A DNA stretch of 54,178 bases, counting the filler, from Sphacelaria rigidula (lineage: Eukaryota): the NCBI GenBank assembly GCA_964200075.2. It is 5 parts of 5 records of this genome, joined end to end, with 100 filler letters (N's around TTAATTAATTAA, not from the genome) between each part and the next. Parts side by side here need not be neighbours in the genome. Positions count along the whole stretch, not along the records: positions 1 to 10,757 come from CAXNAA020005965.1; positions 10,858 to 21,614 come from CAXNAA020005966.1; 3 more parts are not named here. One strand, 5' to 3'. The notes under the pieces were generated by a model. The model saw nothing but the letters and a program-made list of their open reading frames with translations. It did no database searches and had not been told where the DNA came from. The position numbers and the translations under genes were made by a program. Below are positions 1-13,280 of the stretch, piece after piece. How positions within the stretch are numbered: the stretch's first letter is position 1; each line of letters opens with the position of its first letter.

Positions 1-1279
1 TGTTTCTTGCGGCCAGTATGTCGATTTAAAAAAAATACCGCGGTATCACGGGAATATTCCCGAGAGGAGCCTTGCAAATTTCAGGATCGAACTCCAAAAC
101 TTGGCCGGCGCATCCGCCTGCAAACGTCCATGCAGCCTCTAGGCTGGCCCAGCTCGTAGTGCTTTAGCTCCTGCTTATCTACATACGGCATCTTTGATGG
201 AAATCTGTCCAGTATTGGATGAAAGGCGGCCGCATGCGTGTCGAATTACGACAGAAAACGTGCCGTTGTTGACCGTTTGTGTGCGTGTGCTGTGCGCGGG
301 TCTCAAACACGTCATTGTTTCACATTGAATTTTCGACGGATTTGCGCAAGTTCACGCACAACGCACTCAGCTGATGATGAGCATGCAGCGTCGGCTCAAG
401 CTGCATGTTTTTGAGATGCAGGGGCATTGTGATCCCCAAGTGCATGTTTGATTGTGTTGGGTTGTCTGTCAAGCTTTGACATGTGCCGCTTTCAACAAGA
501 CACTTATGTTCCCGTTCGAGACGTCACAAAGACACACTTATTGCAAAACGTCAGTGATTCTGGGGCACTCTCTCGGGAGGGGAGGTTGGAGAGGGTGGCT
601 CACAAGCCGTTTGTTTCCGAAAGTAATATTTGGAGCAATCATCTTCAATGAAAACCCAACTTTAGTTGATGTCAATCAAGTGATAATCGCCAGAAAGTTC
701 GAGTGATGTTTACGCATCATCATATATATCAAGTTATAAATCATGATTGTCAGACCTGATAAAAAAGCTGATAAGCAACCCCATAATCCGTGCATACGTC
801 GCACCTCGCACAACAAGAGTGGGTATTCTATTCTGCCGAACCAGGTCGTTAGTGGCCCACAACGTCATTGAACTTTTTTCCCCACAACTTGTTTCTGTTG
901 GCCAAACCCTGGTCTATAGCCAACTACAAAATTTTGAAATCCATAAATGGTGCATACGTCAGACCGCCAAACGATACCAACCACACCGCATTTACTTGTG
1001 ACGTTTATTCTCTTTTTACGGTGAATCGCGAACAGACTGTTGACTTTACCCACGTTGCCACGTTGCCCTCACCCCGTGTATAATTGCACTACGGTGTAAA
1101 ACCATACGCTCCCCAAAGCCCCGACAGCCTAGCTGTACACCACCAGAGGCAGAAGAATACATAGTTCTGCGCGGGCACCTGCGTCCTCATCAAGGGCAAA
1201 AGTGAGGCAGGCGCTACGAGCGGTATCCCGCTGCCCGCCTCTTCTCTTGAACAAAGAGCATTATACAACAATACGACAG

Positions 1280-1846
1280 CACCAGCATCACCACTCCTGC
1301 TGCCCTGAGTTGTGGGGGGTATCGTCCATCCAGGGCGGAGGGCCCAGTATGGGGAAGGCTCCGGAGCCGCTAGGGATAGGCAGCGGCCCCGTGAGGTACG
1401 TCTCCCCGGTCACTGTGCGACTTTTCTCCAAGCTTGGTTCCACTGCGCACCAAGCACTTGGTTTGAGCAACGGGGAAGTTCTAGCGCCACTCTCGGGCAC
1501 AGCAACAGCAAACATCGGTAACGACAATAGAAGTAGTTCAAAGGGCCTCGAAGCACAACCAGGAAACTCGGGTGAGGCCGAAGGCTGGCCGAGGCAGCCA
1601 GCACCAAGGCCTCACGGCATGGCCGGCAGCGTGGATGCCGCGCCTCCACCTCGGGTGGATGCCAGCGAGGATGAGGGCGGTGGCGATAGTATGGGGGTGG
1701 CAGGGATGGTGGGCGGTGTAGGTGTGGGTGCTGGTTTGAGGGAGCACCGGGTGGAGGTGGTGCGGCCATATTCCACGTCGCCCGTGAACGGAGCTGCAGC
1801 GGCTACCTGCCCACAGACGTATTTGGAATCTATTTTGAACGAGAGG
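1280..1846 (+). CDS. Ankyrin-repeat protein, upstream low-complexity exon (5' boundary uncertain: 1133, 1280 or ATG at 1349)
   Basis: Open frame rich in G/P/S/A ending ...CPQTYLESILNER, followed by a strong phase-0 donor AGG|GTGAGT at 1846/1847; splices in frame to 2615. Confidence 0.7.
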
Positions 1847-2614
1847 GTGAGTTTTCGGATGTGGCGGTAGTCAGCTACCTTGTAGCGGACGGCTGCGTGG
1901 GTAAAGAGAGTATGATATCTTGTCGAGTCTGCGATTCGGGTGTGGATTAGTTCTCTTCTCCGTACTCTCTGTACAGCACTTTACACCAGCTGTTGTCCCG
2001 CTCATCTCTTTCACGCAAGCAGCGTGCAGCGAAGCACACCATTGCACATGGCTTGATACCAAACGTTACCTTCGACACGTACATACCTACTTGGCCTCCT
2101 TTTTTCAACAACGTATGTGCAGCCCGCGCGCTGAGCACCTTCTCGTGTACTCCTGTCTTCCGGACTTTGGAGGCATGCGCGGTGCAACCGACCTCATTTT
2201 CGTTCTCTGTACATCCCTCCCGAACTCGCGAGCCTCTCGCCTGTGAATAGTTGAGCTTCAGTTGCTGCCCGCTGAAAAACCGCACACGATTTATGCTCTG
2301 CATGAGTGGAACGCTCAGTGGAAGTCAGTCTCAGGTCCTACACGGAACTTTCATCATTTTTCCGCGACAAGACAGGCAATGTCGACTACACTAGTGCCAA
2401 CGTGGCGCAGGGTGGACCCACGACTAGCACACGTGCGGCCCTTGTTGCATGCGTGCATTGATCTCTTCCATATACCCTCTCTTTCATCACCACAGTTAGC
2501 CATGATACAGCGGATGGGAATCGCGTCCTCTCTCACACACTTTCCCCTCTTCTCGGGCTGTGTTGATGTACCGTTTGTGGAATCTGGCGCTGACGTCGGC
2601 TTCACTGGCGACAG

Positions 2615-2695
2615 GGATATGACCGTACGATCCGGAGTTCGGCTAGCATGGGCTGCTGCTGCGAGCCTACACAGAAGCAGATGCAGGACTACCAG
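2615..2695 (+). CDS. Ankyrin-repeat protein, 81-nt internal exon
   Basis: ACAG|GGATAT ... TACCAG|GTTAGT; encodes GYDRTIRSSASMGCCCEPTQKQMQDYQ; phase 0/0; completes the P-x-x-YL-x-x-IL-x-x-RGY...PT-x-x-Q-x-x-x-Y pattern I recall preceding the repeats in stramenopile ankyrin proteins. Confidence 0.8.
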
Positions 2696-5559
2696 GTTAG
2701 TCGCGCTCCCGTTCGATATGCCTGCATGTTTTATCTCACTAAATGTTGTTTCATGTATCCGTCGGCATCGTGTGTTGTCACATCTACCCTCGCAACCTCG
2801 ACTTGGGAAGACATGAATATCTTCACCTGTCACAAGTCCATTTGTAAATGTTTCGGATCTTGGGTTCAAGATTGTCCTGTACTGGTGTTATTTCGCGTCT
2901 TGCAGTTAGCAGAGCACAGACAACATACAGTATCTATCTCTCCAGCTCTTGGTAGGACGATGACGTTCATGGTTCGTCGTCTAAAATTCCATTCACATGG
3001 AGCTCTATTAGGTGCCGATGATGTCGACGCCGCACTGATCGCCGTGCCGCCGTATCCGCTGCCGACTGCTCTGTATCGTGTCTCGACACGCGCTCCTTAC
3101 AAAAACTCGAAGCTCCATGAGAAAATGTGTCGAAATTCGATTTTTCCCCCGCGCGGTGACTGTTATGCAAGATGGTGTTTTCGGGTGCGGGCCTCAGCTT
3201 TTTGTTGCTCACTCCACGGATCGTTTCAGCGTTCTTGTTCCCCCTCGCTTTAAAATTTTATACCCCTTCTCCTGTCCCACGCTTCGCTGACAAATACGAT
3301 GCTTCACGTCGACACTGTGTCGGGTGGTGATCGGAAACAGTACACTCGTCATAATTTCATGATTTCGCATTTCTGTTACTGAAAGGTGATCGATCGTAAA
3401 GTACGGCCACCCTTGAAGTTCAACTCGTACCGGAAAAGGTTGGCCACTTCCTCTACCCGAGTTCGATCTATGACAGAGTACAGTACAGATAGTAAAGAGT
3501 AGTACATTCCTGATTTCTCGCAAAGCATCACCCGCGGACGAAAGACCGTGTACTTTTCATTTCATGCACTTCGAATCAGAAGTTGTTTTAGACACTGCAT
3601 GCTTCTTCCTGTAAAACAATATTTACTTGAGGCAGTCAGACCCTCTCCTCCCCTACGCTATGCCACGAACTTGTCCGGTAGCAAAGCACGGTGGTACGTG
3701 CGTACATGTCGATCTCACTACGCCTTTTACTCTTGCGCCAGTGCAGCGGTAGTGTCCACCTCCGGCGGCGTCACCTCGAGTTTTTTCTTCGTTGGTTGAG
3801 ACAGGCCACGTCAGCCATTCAGTCATTCGCAACTTGCCAATCACTGTATCATATGTACCTGTCTACCTCCCACGGCTCCTAAAACAGGGCGACAGCGTGC
3901 ACGAAAATGTTTTTCTTACACACCGAAAAACACTCCGGTGTTCACCTCTCTCTCATGACCCTGGCTGACGCGCCCACATGCACTGAAGGGTGCAGACTGG
4001 CTTGCGGATTGGATACGGAAGACCAAACAAACAAAATATATATCCTCCAGAACCGACTACAAACAACGGGGGAAAAAAATGCTTCAACTCTCTTCTTTGC
4101 TGAGACCCTGGGCCATCGGTTTGTGTGCCATTTCGACTTTCACCATACGGCGTAGGTTTCTTCCTCAGGTTTTGACGCGCACCGCCTCGAAAGCGTCACG
4201 TCCACTACCCTCTTCACACCTTGAAATTTAGGGTGTGAATGTTGAAGAGAAGATCCGCGGACACTACTTCCACCATGTTTGCAAGGCGAATCTAGCTAGC
4301 ATATGTTCCAGTCGCGGGTACATTTGACCAAATCCCGGCAAGCTTTCCGGGTAATTTCAACAACGTAACGGACGCATACATTACTGTGGTTGCGTCCCCG
4401 CCCTCTCGCCGCGTCCCGTAGCCGCGCCGCCTTTCATACCCGCCCTTACACCGACCATCCGCAAACATCTCCCGAGTCCAGAATTTCACGAAAATGCCGG
4501 TCGGTGATTCACGGGCGGGTACGTTCATGCGGTCGCTAATCTGTACTTATTCACCTACTTGGTCGGACAAATACGTGGCGTCGTAATTTTGAATTTTTAT
4601 CCTCAGAAGAGTACTGTTGAGAGTAAGTGTGGGCTGTACTATGCTGATATAATTGCACGACGAAGCCCTGTGTCTTGCGCTCGCTTGCAGAAGCTCGGAC
4701 CCCTCGTACCCCCTTGTCTTCAGATACATCGCTCCCCTTTATCTTCTACCGTCTTCACCCACACATCTGCACTGGCATTACAATTTCATTCGGGCGGCGA
4801 GAATGATTTTGTCGTGGCTGTTGAAACAGTCGAGGCCACTTCTTGACACCCTCCGCTCTCAGCGGGAGGGATTCATACATCACCTTTCGAAGCGCAGTAC
4901 AGTGAACCCGATTCGGCTTGGAGCTTTGATACCGCATTGGCTGCAATGCTGTAAAAAGCTTTTCAAGTGGTCGTCATTTTTTCATGGCTACCTTCTTTTG
5001 GATGTTGAAGTGTTATCTGATGTTGATCGAGTACTGCGCTGTTCTCCCATTGTTTGGCGACTGTTTTTTATATTTTTTTGAAAGCCTCGTGGAGGAGGAG
5101 AAAGAGGAGGTTGATGCAGTCATGGTTGACGCTTTTGCGAGGAACCAACATGTGTACGTGCGAAGTATTGTGAAACAATATCTGGCTCTATTTCCGGTGA
5201 AACGTCACTAATATAGTGCTGAAAAAATATCACTACAGCGGCAACAGATGGAAATATAATTTGAAAAAAAACTGGCTATAGTTCCAGTGAAACATCAAGA
5301 GGGCAGGGAAGAGACCACCACGAGTATAGCAAGCGGGGAACTTTTACTCTGTAAAAGTTGACCAACATTATCTGCAGCGCCATTCCCCCCCCCCTCCCCC
5401 CCCCTTACCTCTCTCTCCTCTGCGCGAAGGTTAAAAATTTGCTGAGAAGTCTGCTCCCATTTGCAACGTCGCAAGCTGCAACTTGCAAGCTCGGGGACGG
5501 CTTGATTCGCAATTTTGGGGGACTTTTCTTCAACATTCCTGAAGAGGATCAGTCCCCCG

Positions 5560-5660
5560 CCCCCCTCTCCCGGCGGCGAAAACCCGGCGTGCCCCGTCCC
5601 GGCTTTGTAGGTGTGCGAGATCAATGGTCATTTAAGTACGGTATGCAAGATCATGAGTAC
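5560..5660 (-). repeat. Dispersed repeat family (other copies ~31498-31600, ~41608-41770, ~43268-43306; related segments ~30160-30360, ~32260-32400)
   Basis: Shared head GT(A)CTCATGATCTTGCAT(A/G)CC and core TGACCATTGA(C/T)CTCGCA..CCTACAAAGCCGGGACGG.GCACG.CGGGTT, found in three different scaffolds. Confidence 0.75.
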
Positions 5661-5690
5661 ATCTCCTTCCCCCGCCATCGTTCCCCATAG

Positions 5691-6116
5691 GTACCACTCG
5701 TAGAAGCGGTGCGCAGATGGGACATGGAAACGTTGGAACAGCTGGCTAGAGCCGGCGTAGACATGGGGGCGTCTAACCGTTTCGGGGAGTCTGTGGTGCA
5801 CCTCGCCACGCGGAGAGGCAGCGCGCCGGTGCTGCAGTTTCTCCTCGCCCACGGAGGCTCGCTGCACATCTGCGATGATTACGGCAAAACCCCTCTGCAC
5901 GACGCCTTCTGGAGCGGAGAACCCCGGTTTGATTTGGTGGCGATGATGCTGGAAAGCGATTGGAGGCTGTTGCGCGCGGCGGACGTGCGCGGGGCGACGC
6001 CACTCCGCTACGCGAAGAAAAGGCATTGGGGATTGTGGTGCGAGTTTTTGGATCGCGTGAAAGACAAGCACTGGCCGTTTCAGGGAAGCGGGGCTGTCGG
6101 CGGCGGGGAATACTGA
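5691..6116 (+). CDS. Ankyrin-repeat protein, terminal exon
   Basis: Pyrimidine tract ...TTCCCCATAG|GTA; VPLVEAVRRWD...NRFGESVVHLATRRG...DDYGKTPLHDAFW...DVRGATPLRYA...W-x-x-W-x-x-FL; ankyrin G-x-T/S-PLH motifs; TGA at 6114-6116. Confidence 0.92.
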   Translation, partial: VPLVEAVRRWDMETLEQLARAGVDMGASNRFGESVVHLATRRGSAPVLQFLLAHGGSLHICDDYGKTPLHDAFWSGEPRFDLVAMMLESDWRLLRAADVRGATPLRYAKKRHWGLWCEFLDRVKDKHWPFQGSGAVGGGEY

Positions 6117-8499
6117 ACCAAGGGGATTTATTGGAGAAACCGACGAATTTTAATAACTTTTTCAGTGACTTCTCGTTCCTTGTCGTTTTGTTACTGTCGT
6201 TGTCCCTGTGCTGTTGTGTGTTGCCGATGTTTTACGGGTTGTCTCTAGAGATGTGTCGGGGGATGTGAAGGAGGTAGTGGTGGTGGTGGTGGTGGTAAGT
6301 ACTGATGGTATTACGTGCCGTAGTATGTGGGGGAGGGGGCGGGGTGGAGACAAATAACGGTACAGTGTCCTTTGTGCTCGTTCTTTTTTTGCAGAGCGAC
6401 CTGCTGTTGCAGCAAGACTGAATCGAGGTTCAAGTGTGCGTGTGCTTGATAGTTACCGTATGAATATGCATGCCTATTCGGTGGGGCACCCTTGTACGAA
6501 AGGAGAGAAAAAAAGGCTTCGTTTTGAAGACTTTTTCTTCTCTTGTTTTTGCATGAAAATACAACGGTTGCGTCGAACAACCAGAAACGAACAGGCCATA
6601 TCCTGTGCTGTGCCCCCTTGTGTTTTTGTTTGTTGGGGGGTATGTGAGCGTGTTGTGTGTACGCGTGTCAAGAGGGTGCGGGAGATTGGGGGTGTACGGG
6701 ATTTTCGCCGAAAGGTGGCATTCGCCGTGCAGGAAGCGTCCATCATTTTCCCGTTTCTGCTCTCGCTCGTTTTGCATGGATGAGAAGCGTCGCTCTACAC
6801 CAGTAGCAGTCGCGAAGGAGGTTGAAGCGAACAGATTGATTTGATGACTCGGTTTGGTGGCACATGTAGACAGATGGGCACCCGTTTATTTTGGACGAGA
6901 ACCATCAAACCTTGCCTTGCTTCCCAAGTACTCTAAAATCATGTCAGGTTTGTACAGCTGTCTATTTTGTCCCTGTTGAGTTTGGTGGAGCCAGTTGGGC
7001 CTCACGTGTTGCATGCTCCCATCTCCCGTGTGTGTGGCCGTCTGTGTGAGGGAGTGCAAAAAACGTGGATATCCTGAGGAGGTGCGTGGGCGTGGGTTCG
7101 GAGGCGGTCAGTGCAGTCACATTCTAGTATGACAAGAAGTGAGCATTACTTGGCATATTATGCAATCGGTAGAGGTGTGTGGGCTTGTGCGTTCGTGCAC
7201 ATTTGCGCGAGATATCAGAGTGAGGGTACAAGATCATGTTATCGGCGATAGACGCTGTGGAAAAGTTGAAGAGATGACATTTTTCTAGAGCCGCGGGTTG
7301 CTTGATGAAACTACAACAAATGTTTTTTTCATGGTTCGACAACAAGTTGTGTTCCCTCTTTACAGCCGTGTTTGACACGGGGCGTTCTCATTGCGGCCGA
7401 ATAGTGCGCATGCCGGTGGGTGATTGGTGTATGATGCCGGTTGTTTCTTTGTACTTGAGGTGTAAATGTGTGCGGGTCGTCTGTTGCCCACGGTGTGTCG
7501 CACACGTGAGGGAGGGGACAGGATACGATCCTGGAGCGAGGACGGGTAGACATCCCATTTGGAAGCAAACTGGCGTGGAGGAGGGGGAGGAGGAAACAAC
7601 GCTCTACGGTGCCCATAATATAGAAGACAGTGTCGTGTATTATTACTGTTTTTCTTTCTCTTCTTTTTTGTTGTTACAAGCTAGTACAGACATGAAGGTC
7701 TTGGAAAAGCAGTCATACATATATATATATATATATACACACACCCACACAATATGTGGACCATGATGTGGCGAGCGAAGGGTGGAGTACGTGAAGGGCG
7801 GGATTCTGAAAAAATTAACCATGTTCCAGTTTGTACCGTGAAACGAGGTCTCTCCAGCAACAGCGGGCATTCGAGTTTGTCTTGTGAACGAAGTGGTGTT
7901 TTGCCGCAGGGTATTATCATGAAACCAAACAGGGGTATATTCTCCCTTGTCCAGTAATCCACGCACGAAGCTGACATGCCATTTGCTGGTGTGCACAACG
8001 TTTTTCACGCCTGATGGGCGTTACGAGCTGGGCCGGCCTAGTCGCGGATCTGTACGTTACAGGCCGATTCTCACCTCAATTTGAGACTTGGGCTTTCAAT
8101 TTTGGTTTGAAAAACCAACAGGGCATGTTATTATTACTCCCTCTGTGCCATAAGTGAAGTTCGTTATGGGTGGGCGATCGTATATCACCAAGGGAGTTGC
8201 CCACGATGCTACAGGCTGGGCCGCTTAAGAGGTGGACTTTCCTTCAGCCGGTTCTAACTGATGATCTATCGCGAGTTGTGCCTACGATGACACATCGTGG
8301 TAATCTGCAAATCAACGCGCGTCTTTCACTACACGTAGCACTGCGATCTGACAAGTTCCCATCAAACGAAATACCAAACTGCAGTCAGCTGCCAAGTGTT
8401 GAGAGTTGAGAGTAGCATGTGCGGCGGAATAAGGGGGGGAAAACGGCTGAAATCTCATTCACGGTTACAGTCAGTTGTGCTGCAACCGGATCTCGGCAG

Positions 8500-9160
8500 A
8501 AAAACGCAATTTCACTGCTCAAATTGAAGTCGTTTTCCATGAAATTTTGACGCGGTATACACGGGGTGTATGTGAATCCCCTACCGTTCGCCCCCTCTTT
8601 TATTTTATTTTTCCTCGTATATTATTGACGATCTAAATTTCGCAGCAGTTTATTCTGGTGCAAAAGCGTCGACAACTCATGAAAAAAAACGTCAAGGGGG
8701 GGGACAATTGGGTCTTCACAAGATACCTCAATGAGTCATGCGCATCGTGTCGAAATTTCGTGAAAAAATAGTTTAAATTCAACAGCATAACCGCGTTTCA
8801 TTTTTTCGTGGCTGATCGATCTCCACATAAGAACCAGTCTTGGGACACGAACACGTGATTCAACAACTGAGTTTCAGATCGTTTTCAATGAAATTTTGCC
8901 ACGGTGTACATGATGTATGTGCAAAGACACCATCTTTCCCCTTTGCATTCATTTCTCGTTTTTCCTCGTGAGTTATCGGCGACCAAACATTTCAGAACGC
9001 TTTTTCGGGACAAAATCGTGAATAACTTCAGAAAAATGAATGAATAATATAGGGGGGGGGGAAAGTGGCGTCTTCGCACAGACATCCTGCAGATTGTGTC
9101 AACATTCCATAGAAAACAACCTGAAACTCAGCTAGCTGTTAAATCGCGTGTTCACATCCC
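8500..9160. repeat. Two tandem diverged ~300-bp palindromic (foldback) units
   Basis: 8842-9160: left arm GAACACGTGATTCAACA..CTGAGTTTCAGATCGTTTTC matches the reverse complement of the right arm; 8500-8797 is an older homologous palindrome. Confidence 0.65.
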
Positions 9161-9395
9161 TGTCCGCGTCTTCGGCGGCGCAGCCTGTATAATTGCGTTT
9201 TTTCAAAAGCTCTTGATTGATGTGCTGATGCTCTCAAAAGAAAAAGAAAAATTGAGCCGAAATTACTGATAATTAGTGGGTCAACAAGGGAGAATTTTGG
9301 TGGGATTTTGAGATTTTTTTCGAGATTGTTTTTGAGAAGTATTTTGATAATTATTTGAAGAATTCACGTTTTTTTCCGCGTTTGAAGGCCCATCA

Positions 9396-9630
9396 CCCCC
9401 ACAACCTCGATCAAGACCCCCGCAAGCGTAAACGGGGCGCAGAGGACGTATTTCTTTTTTCATGGCTTGGGGATGAGAAGAAATCCAGCTTACACTGAAC
9501 GTCCGTGAGTCGCCCCCCACAACCTCGATCAAGACCCCCGCAAGCGTAAACGGGGCGTACACGACGTATTTCTTTTTTCATGGCTTGGGGGTGAGAAGAA
9601 ATCCAGCTTACACTGAACGTCCGTGAGTCG
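9396..9630 (+). repeat. Recent 118-bp tandem duplication
   Basis: CCCCCACAACCTCGATCAAGACCCCCGCAAGCG...GTCCGTGAGTCG occurs twice, near-identical, period 118. Confidence 0.95.
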
Positions 9631-10757
9631 TAGAGGAAAATCTCAACGTCTCAACTTTTTCTTGTTCTTCTTGTAGTTTGCCCCGTTGATCCTCCGTACC
9701 AAATTTGAAAGTCAAACTCTCGAAATTGAGGTGAGAATGAGCGATATCTACCCTGGGCCGGTGAAGATCCGAAACAGTATTTTTCAGGCCACGCACTATC
9801 CCAGTCTTGGTCCTGTTGCGTTCAAATTTTGTGTCGAGAATCTCTGGGGCATGATGTAAGAAAAAATCCCAGATCGCTCCTAGACTTGAACTCACGTCTC
9901 AACCGTCCGAACGTTTCGAAGTTATCAACGGAGCCACCGGAGCCACCGGCTCGAGTAGTATGCCTTTGCGATTCTCCACATCCAATTTCAATCCACAGTT
10001 AGTTCTAGCAAAGGGAATGAGAAATCGAGTTAACCTTTAGTCCGCGAGATTAGTCTTTCTGGATCATGCATCCTTTTTTCCACTTGAAATTGATGCCGAT
10101 TCAACAGAAGACTTCCCTCGCGGTCTAAGGGTTAGGGGCCCAAAACAATGCCCATTTTTCACGGAAAACGTACTTGACTCTGGGAAAAACGGAAATCCCG
10201 AGGTCCTGAAGGTTTGATTACACTGTGCCCTGGCGATGCTCCGTACCAAATTTCAAAGCACAAGTGAGTCTCGAAACTGAGACGCGAAATCGAAATTATG
10301 TGCAAATGGTGTCTCTGCTTTTCATATATTGAGATTAGTATTGCATCTTACGTGTGTGTCATTTCTCCACGGTGGAAAGATGGCGAGTTAGGTGAAGGTT
10401 AGGGCATCGATCGTTTTCCCCGTGCTCCAGGGAATGTCCACACTATAAGTGATCACCCTCCGTATATTTCGTGCGAGGGGCTCATATAGACTTTGGTATG
10501 GACCCATTCTCTGTGCGGTTTAGGAATTATTACTCGACGTGGCGTTTGATCAACGAGGAAAAAATTGGCCCAGACATTTGAGCAGATGGACATCTTCTCC
10601 TTGACTAGATGGAATAGATATGCGCACGACGGTCCCACCGCGTTTTGCGACTTTTCTCGGCACGAAAAGGCGGGATATCAGCAGTCATATCACACGCGAT
10701 GACTCGCGCTTTCAAAAACAACGACGGAAACTGCAAGAAATCTTTGAACAGAAACGT

Positions 10758-10857
10758 NNNNNNNNNNNNNNNNNNNNNNNNNNNNNNNNNNNNNNNNNNN
10801 NTTAATTAATTAANNNNNNNNNNNNNNNNNNNNNNNNNNNNNNNNNNNNNNNNNNNN
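10758..10857. other. Artificial scaffold spacer N44-TTAATTAATTAA-N44 (stops in all six frames)
   Basis: 100 nt; 12-mer at 10802-10813; identical to the three other spacers. Confidence 0.97.
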
Positions 10858-12299
10858 AGTCCCATTTCTCTATTGCAGGGAAGATACGAAAGAGTAACAC
10901 AGAGCGAAAGTATCTTCCTCCCCAAACCTCCGCAGGAGGAGTTAACCGTTAGACCGCGAGAGTAGATCATCTGCTAAAACCGGCATCAATATTCACTTGA
11001 AAAAAGTAAACGTGGTCCAGATGTACTACCGGCATCGCGGTCCAAGGGTTAGGCAACTCTGGCTAGGTGCTCCCGACGAAATGCGGTGTCACGCGTGTCG
11101 ATGACAATACCGCCAGAGAGAGAAGCAATGACAGAGAGGAAGCTCCTCGCCCGTGCCCTTTGTGTGTCCCCGCTCGGCGATTACCAAACTCTCGAGAGAC
11201 TGGCATCGTTGATCTTACCAGCATGTGCCAAATGTTTCATATGCCAGAGCATCGACGTGCGGAGAGATTCCGTCGTCTCTCCTTGCCTATCGCCAACGCG
11301 AACATCGATTTCTATCTGCATCTCCTTTTGACAGGACGTGCCTCTGTGCGCTGAAAACATGTTGAAAAATAGGGCAATGTTCCCGTCACCGCTACTACTG
11401 TTCTCTGCCACACACATGCCAGCAAGGACGGTGCTGCGGCAATAACGAATAGATCCAATTTGAACTTAGGGTGTGTTATTCGTCATTGAGTTTACCCACA
11501 CCTCCCCCGCCAGCCGGGCGCCCGAGCAGAACACGCCAGTTGAGGGGGGTGTATGAGAAATCAAACACTTGTAGAAACCTATTTTAACATGCGGAGTGAA
11601 AAAAGATACCTATTGTGATGACCTAACTGTTGCTAGCGTGGCGCATAGGCGTCAGCCCATGTGGCAACCTGCAGCACACGCTGAACAGCTCGGTCAGCCC
11701 ATGTCGCAACAGCCGGTAGAGAACAGAGAAACTTTGAACCCTAGCCAAGAGCACCATTTTTCTATTTGGAACATCATTACCTAAGGAACTGCCAAGTTTA
11801 AGGATTATCTCAGCTTTTCTACAACAGATACAAGGGAAATCGTCACGAGGCTCCCTGGGTCTCACCTGCGGATCATGAGTGGAAATTTGACTACGCCAAA
11901 CTCCACATCACCGAAACATTACGGTTTCGGGTATAATTCGACCGCGTTGGAACCGTTTTCAAATCCTATTTCCCGTTAGATTATTGAGGTGATGACGGTC
12001 ACTACGGTTTGAAGCATGTGAGGATTCGGTGGAAATTGGGCTTGGAATTCGCATCCCTAATTTCGGAACAGTTTGAAAGGCGCTGATTGGTCGAGACACA
12101 TTTTTGTCCATAGCGCCACCGCTATAGCCTTGAAACCAAATCTGGCTATGTCACCCTCTTCGTCTGTTCATTGCGGTCAGTATGATACCATGTATGCGAC
12201 TATTGGGTGCGTATTGCAGAAGGCATTTGCTGAGGAGAGAAATTGTTTTTTTTTCGTGAACCAGCCTGTATACCTAACGGGGATAGGCTCCATACTAAC

Positions 12300-12655
12300 A
12301 TTTTGATGAAACCCCGATCGATACATTCAGCGGATGGCGACGATTTTTTGTGTGGAATTAATTCCCTGAAGCACGGGGAGACGATAGATACCCCCACCTT
12401 CACCTAATTTGTCGTTTATTCCGAGATATGGCGCACATGAGTCTCCACACGACAGTAAACATTTCACGAGCATGGGCACCAGAGGAACTAAATCTGGATA
12501 TCGCGTCTCAGATTTTGGGAGTTATCTTATGGAATTCCGTAAGGCGAACCGCTACTGCACAACAAAGGTAAAAAATCAGCTGTTTCATGCTTTCCGTTTT
12601 TCTTGACGTTTTCCCCCGGGTTTTTAGGGCAGTTTTGAGGAGAATTGAACACTAG
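12300..12655 (+). repeat. Dispersed repeat family (copies ~10240-10490 on -, and ~32830-33122 continuing at 34734-34790 on +)
   Basis: ATGAAACCCC...CAGCGGATG..GACGATTTTT...AGCACGGGGA.ACGAT.GATACCC.CACCTTC...GAGATATGGCGCA...CTAAATCTGGATAT.GCGTC shared among three scaffolds. Confidence 0.8.
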
Positions 12656-13059
12656 CCTTCGGCCTCATCTCACTTTTTTAGCTCGATTTAGAATTGTGTT
12701 TTGAAGGCCAACATGAGTAACCACAGACGTATGCTGAAAAAACAAAATGGCCCCTCATTTCTGGTGGGGGGGGGAGGTTCGGGCGTTCTCGTAATATAAT
12801 GGCCTTTACCATGCTAATACGCCTGAACCAGTGAAAAACACTGAATGAATGCCAACGTAAGCCACTTCTTCTGGTTCATTATACCCTGGAGAGGTCCCAC
12901 ATAAAGTTTCAACACACAAACACCAAAAGTGGGCCGGTAAGTGGCCTGCAAAACACTGTTCCAAATTTCTACCGATCCCGGTACTAAACGGCCCATTCGC
13001 CGGCCAATGTTTAGAGTTGGACTCTTCATTTGGTATCGACAATGAACAGGATCACTCTC

Positions 13060-13280
13060 CTGTGTTGCACTACTGTACCTCCAGACGCCACACTGTGAAC
13101 ACGAGTGTGAAGGCACTTGGACGAGTCCTCGGTGAGGTCGAGCTTAAATAAGTCGCCCACACAGGTTGTCAGTCTCAACAGCCTTGCCGTTTGACAACTT
13201 GCCCGATGCTTCCTTGACCTCTTCCATCAAGGGCTCGGCCGCGATAGCTGCGTTCCTCCGGCAACTGTTCGATGGCTTTG
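13060..13280 (-). mobile_element. Degenerate non-LTR retrotransposon (RTE-like) fragment, N-terminal region of the RT
   Basis: Minus strand reads AIEQLP../AIAAEPLMEEVKEASGKLSNGKAVETDNLC../LFKLDLTEDSSKCLH, matching the LINE pattern EP-x-x-EEV-x-x-A-x-x-x-L-x-NGKA-x-G-x-D-x-L-x-x-ELLK; frameshifted. Confidence 0.75.

Noticed and set aside
70..1085. Possible hAT transposase remnant on the minus strand
   Set aside because: Multiple stops in every frame and no unambiguous motif.
10802..10813. TTAATTAATTAA palindrome recurring every ~10.86 kb as a biological periodic motif
   Set aside because: Always centred in N44 blocks; it is a synthetic six-frame-stop linker.
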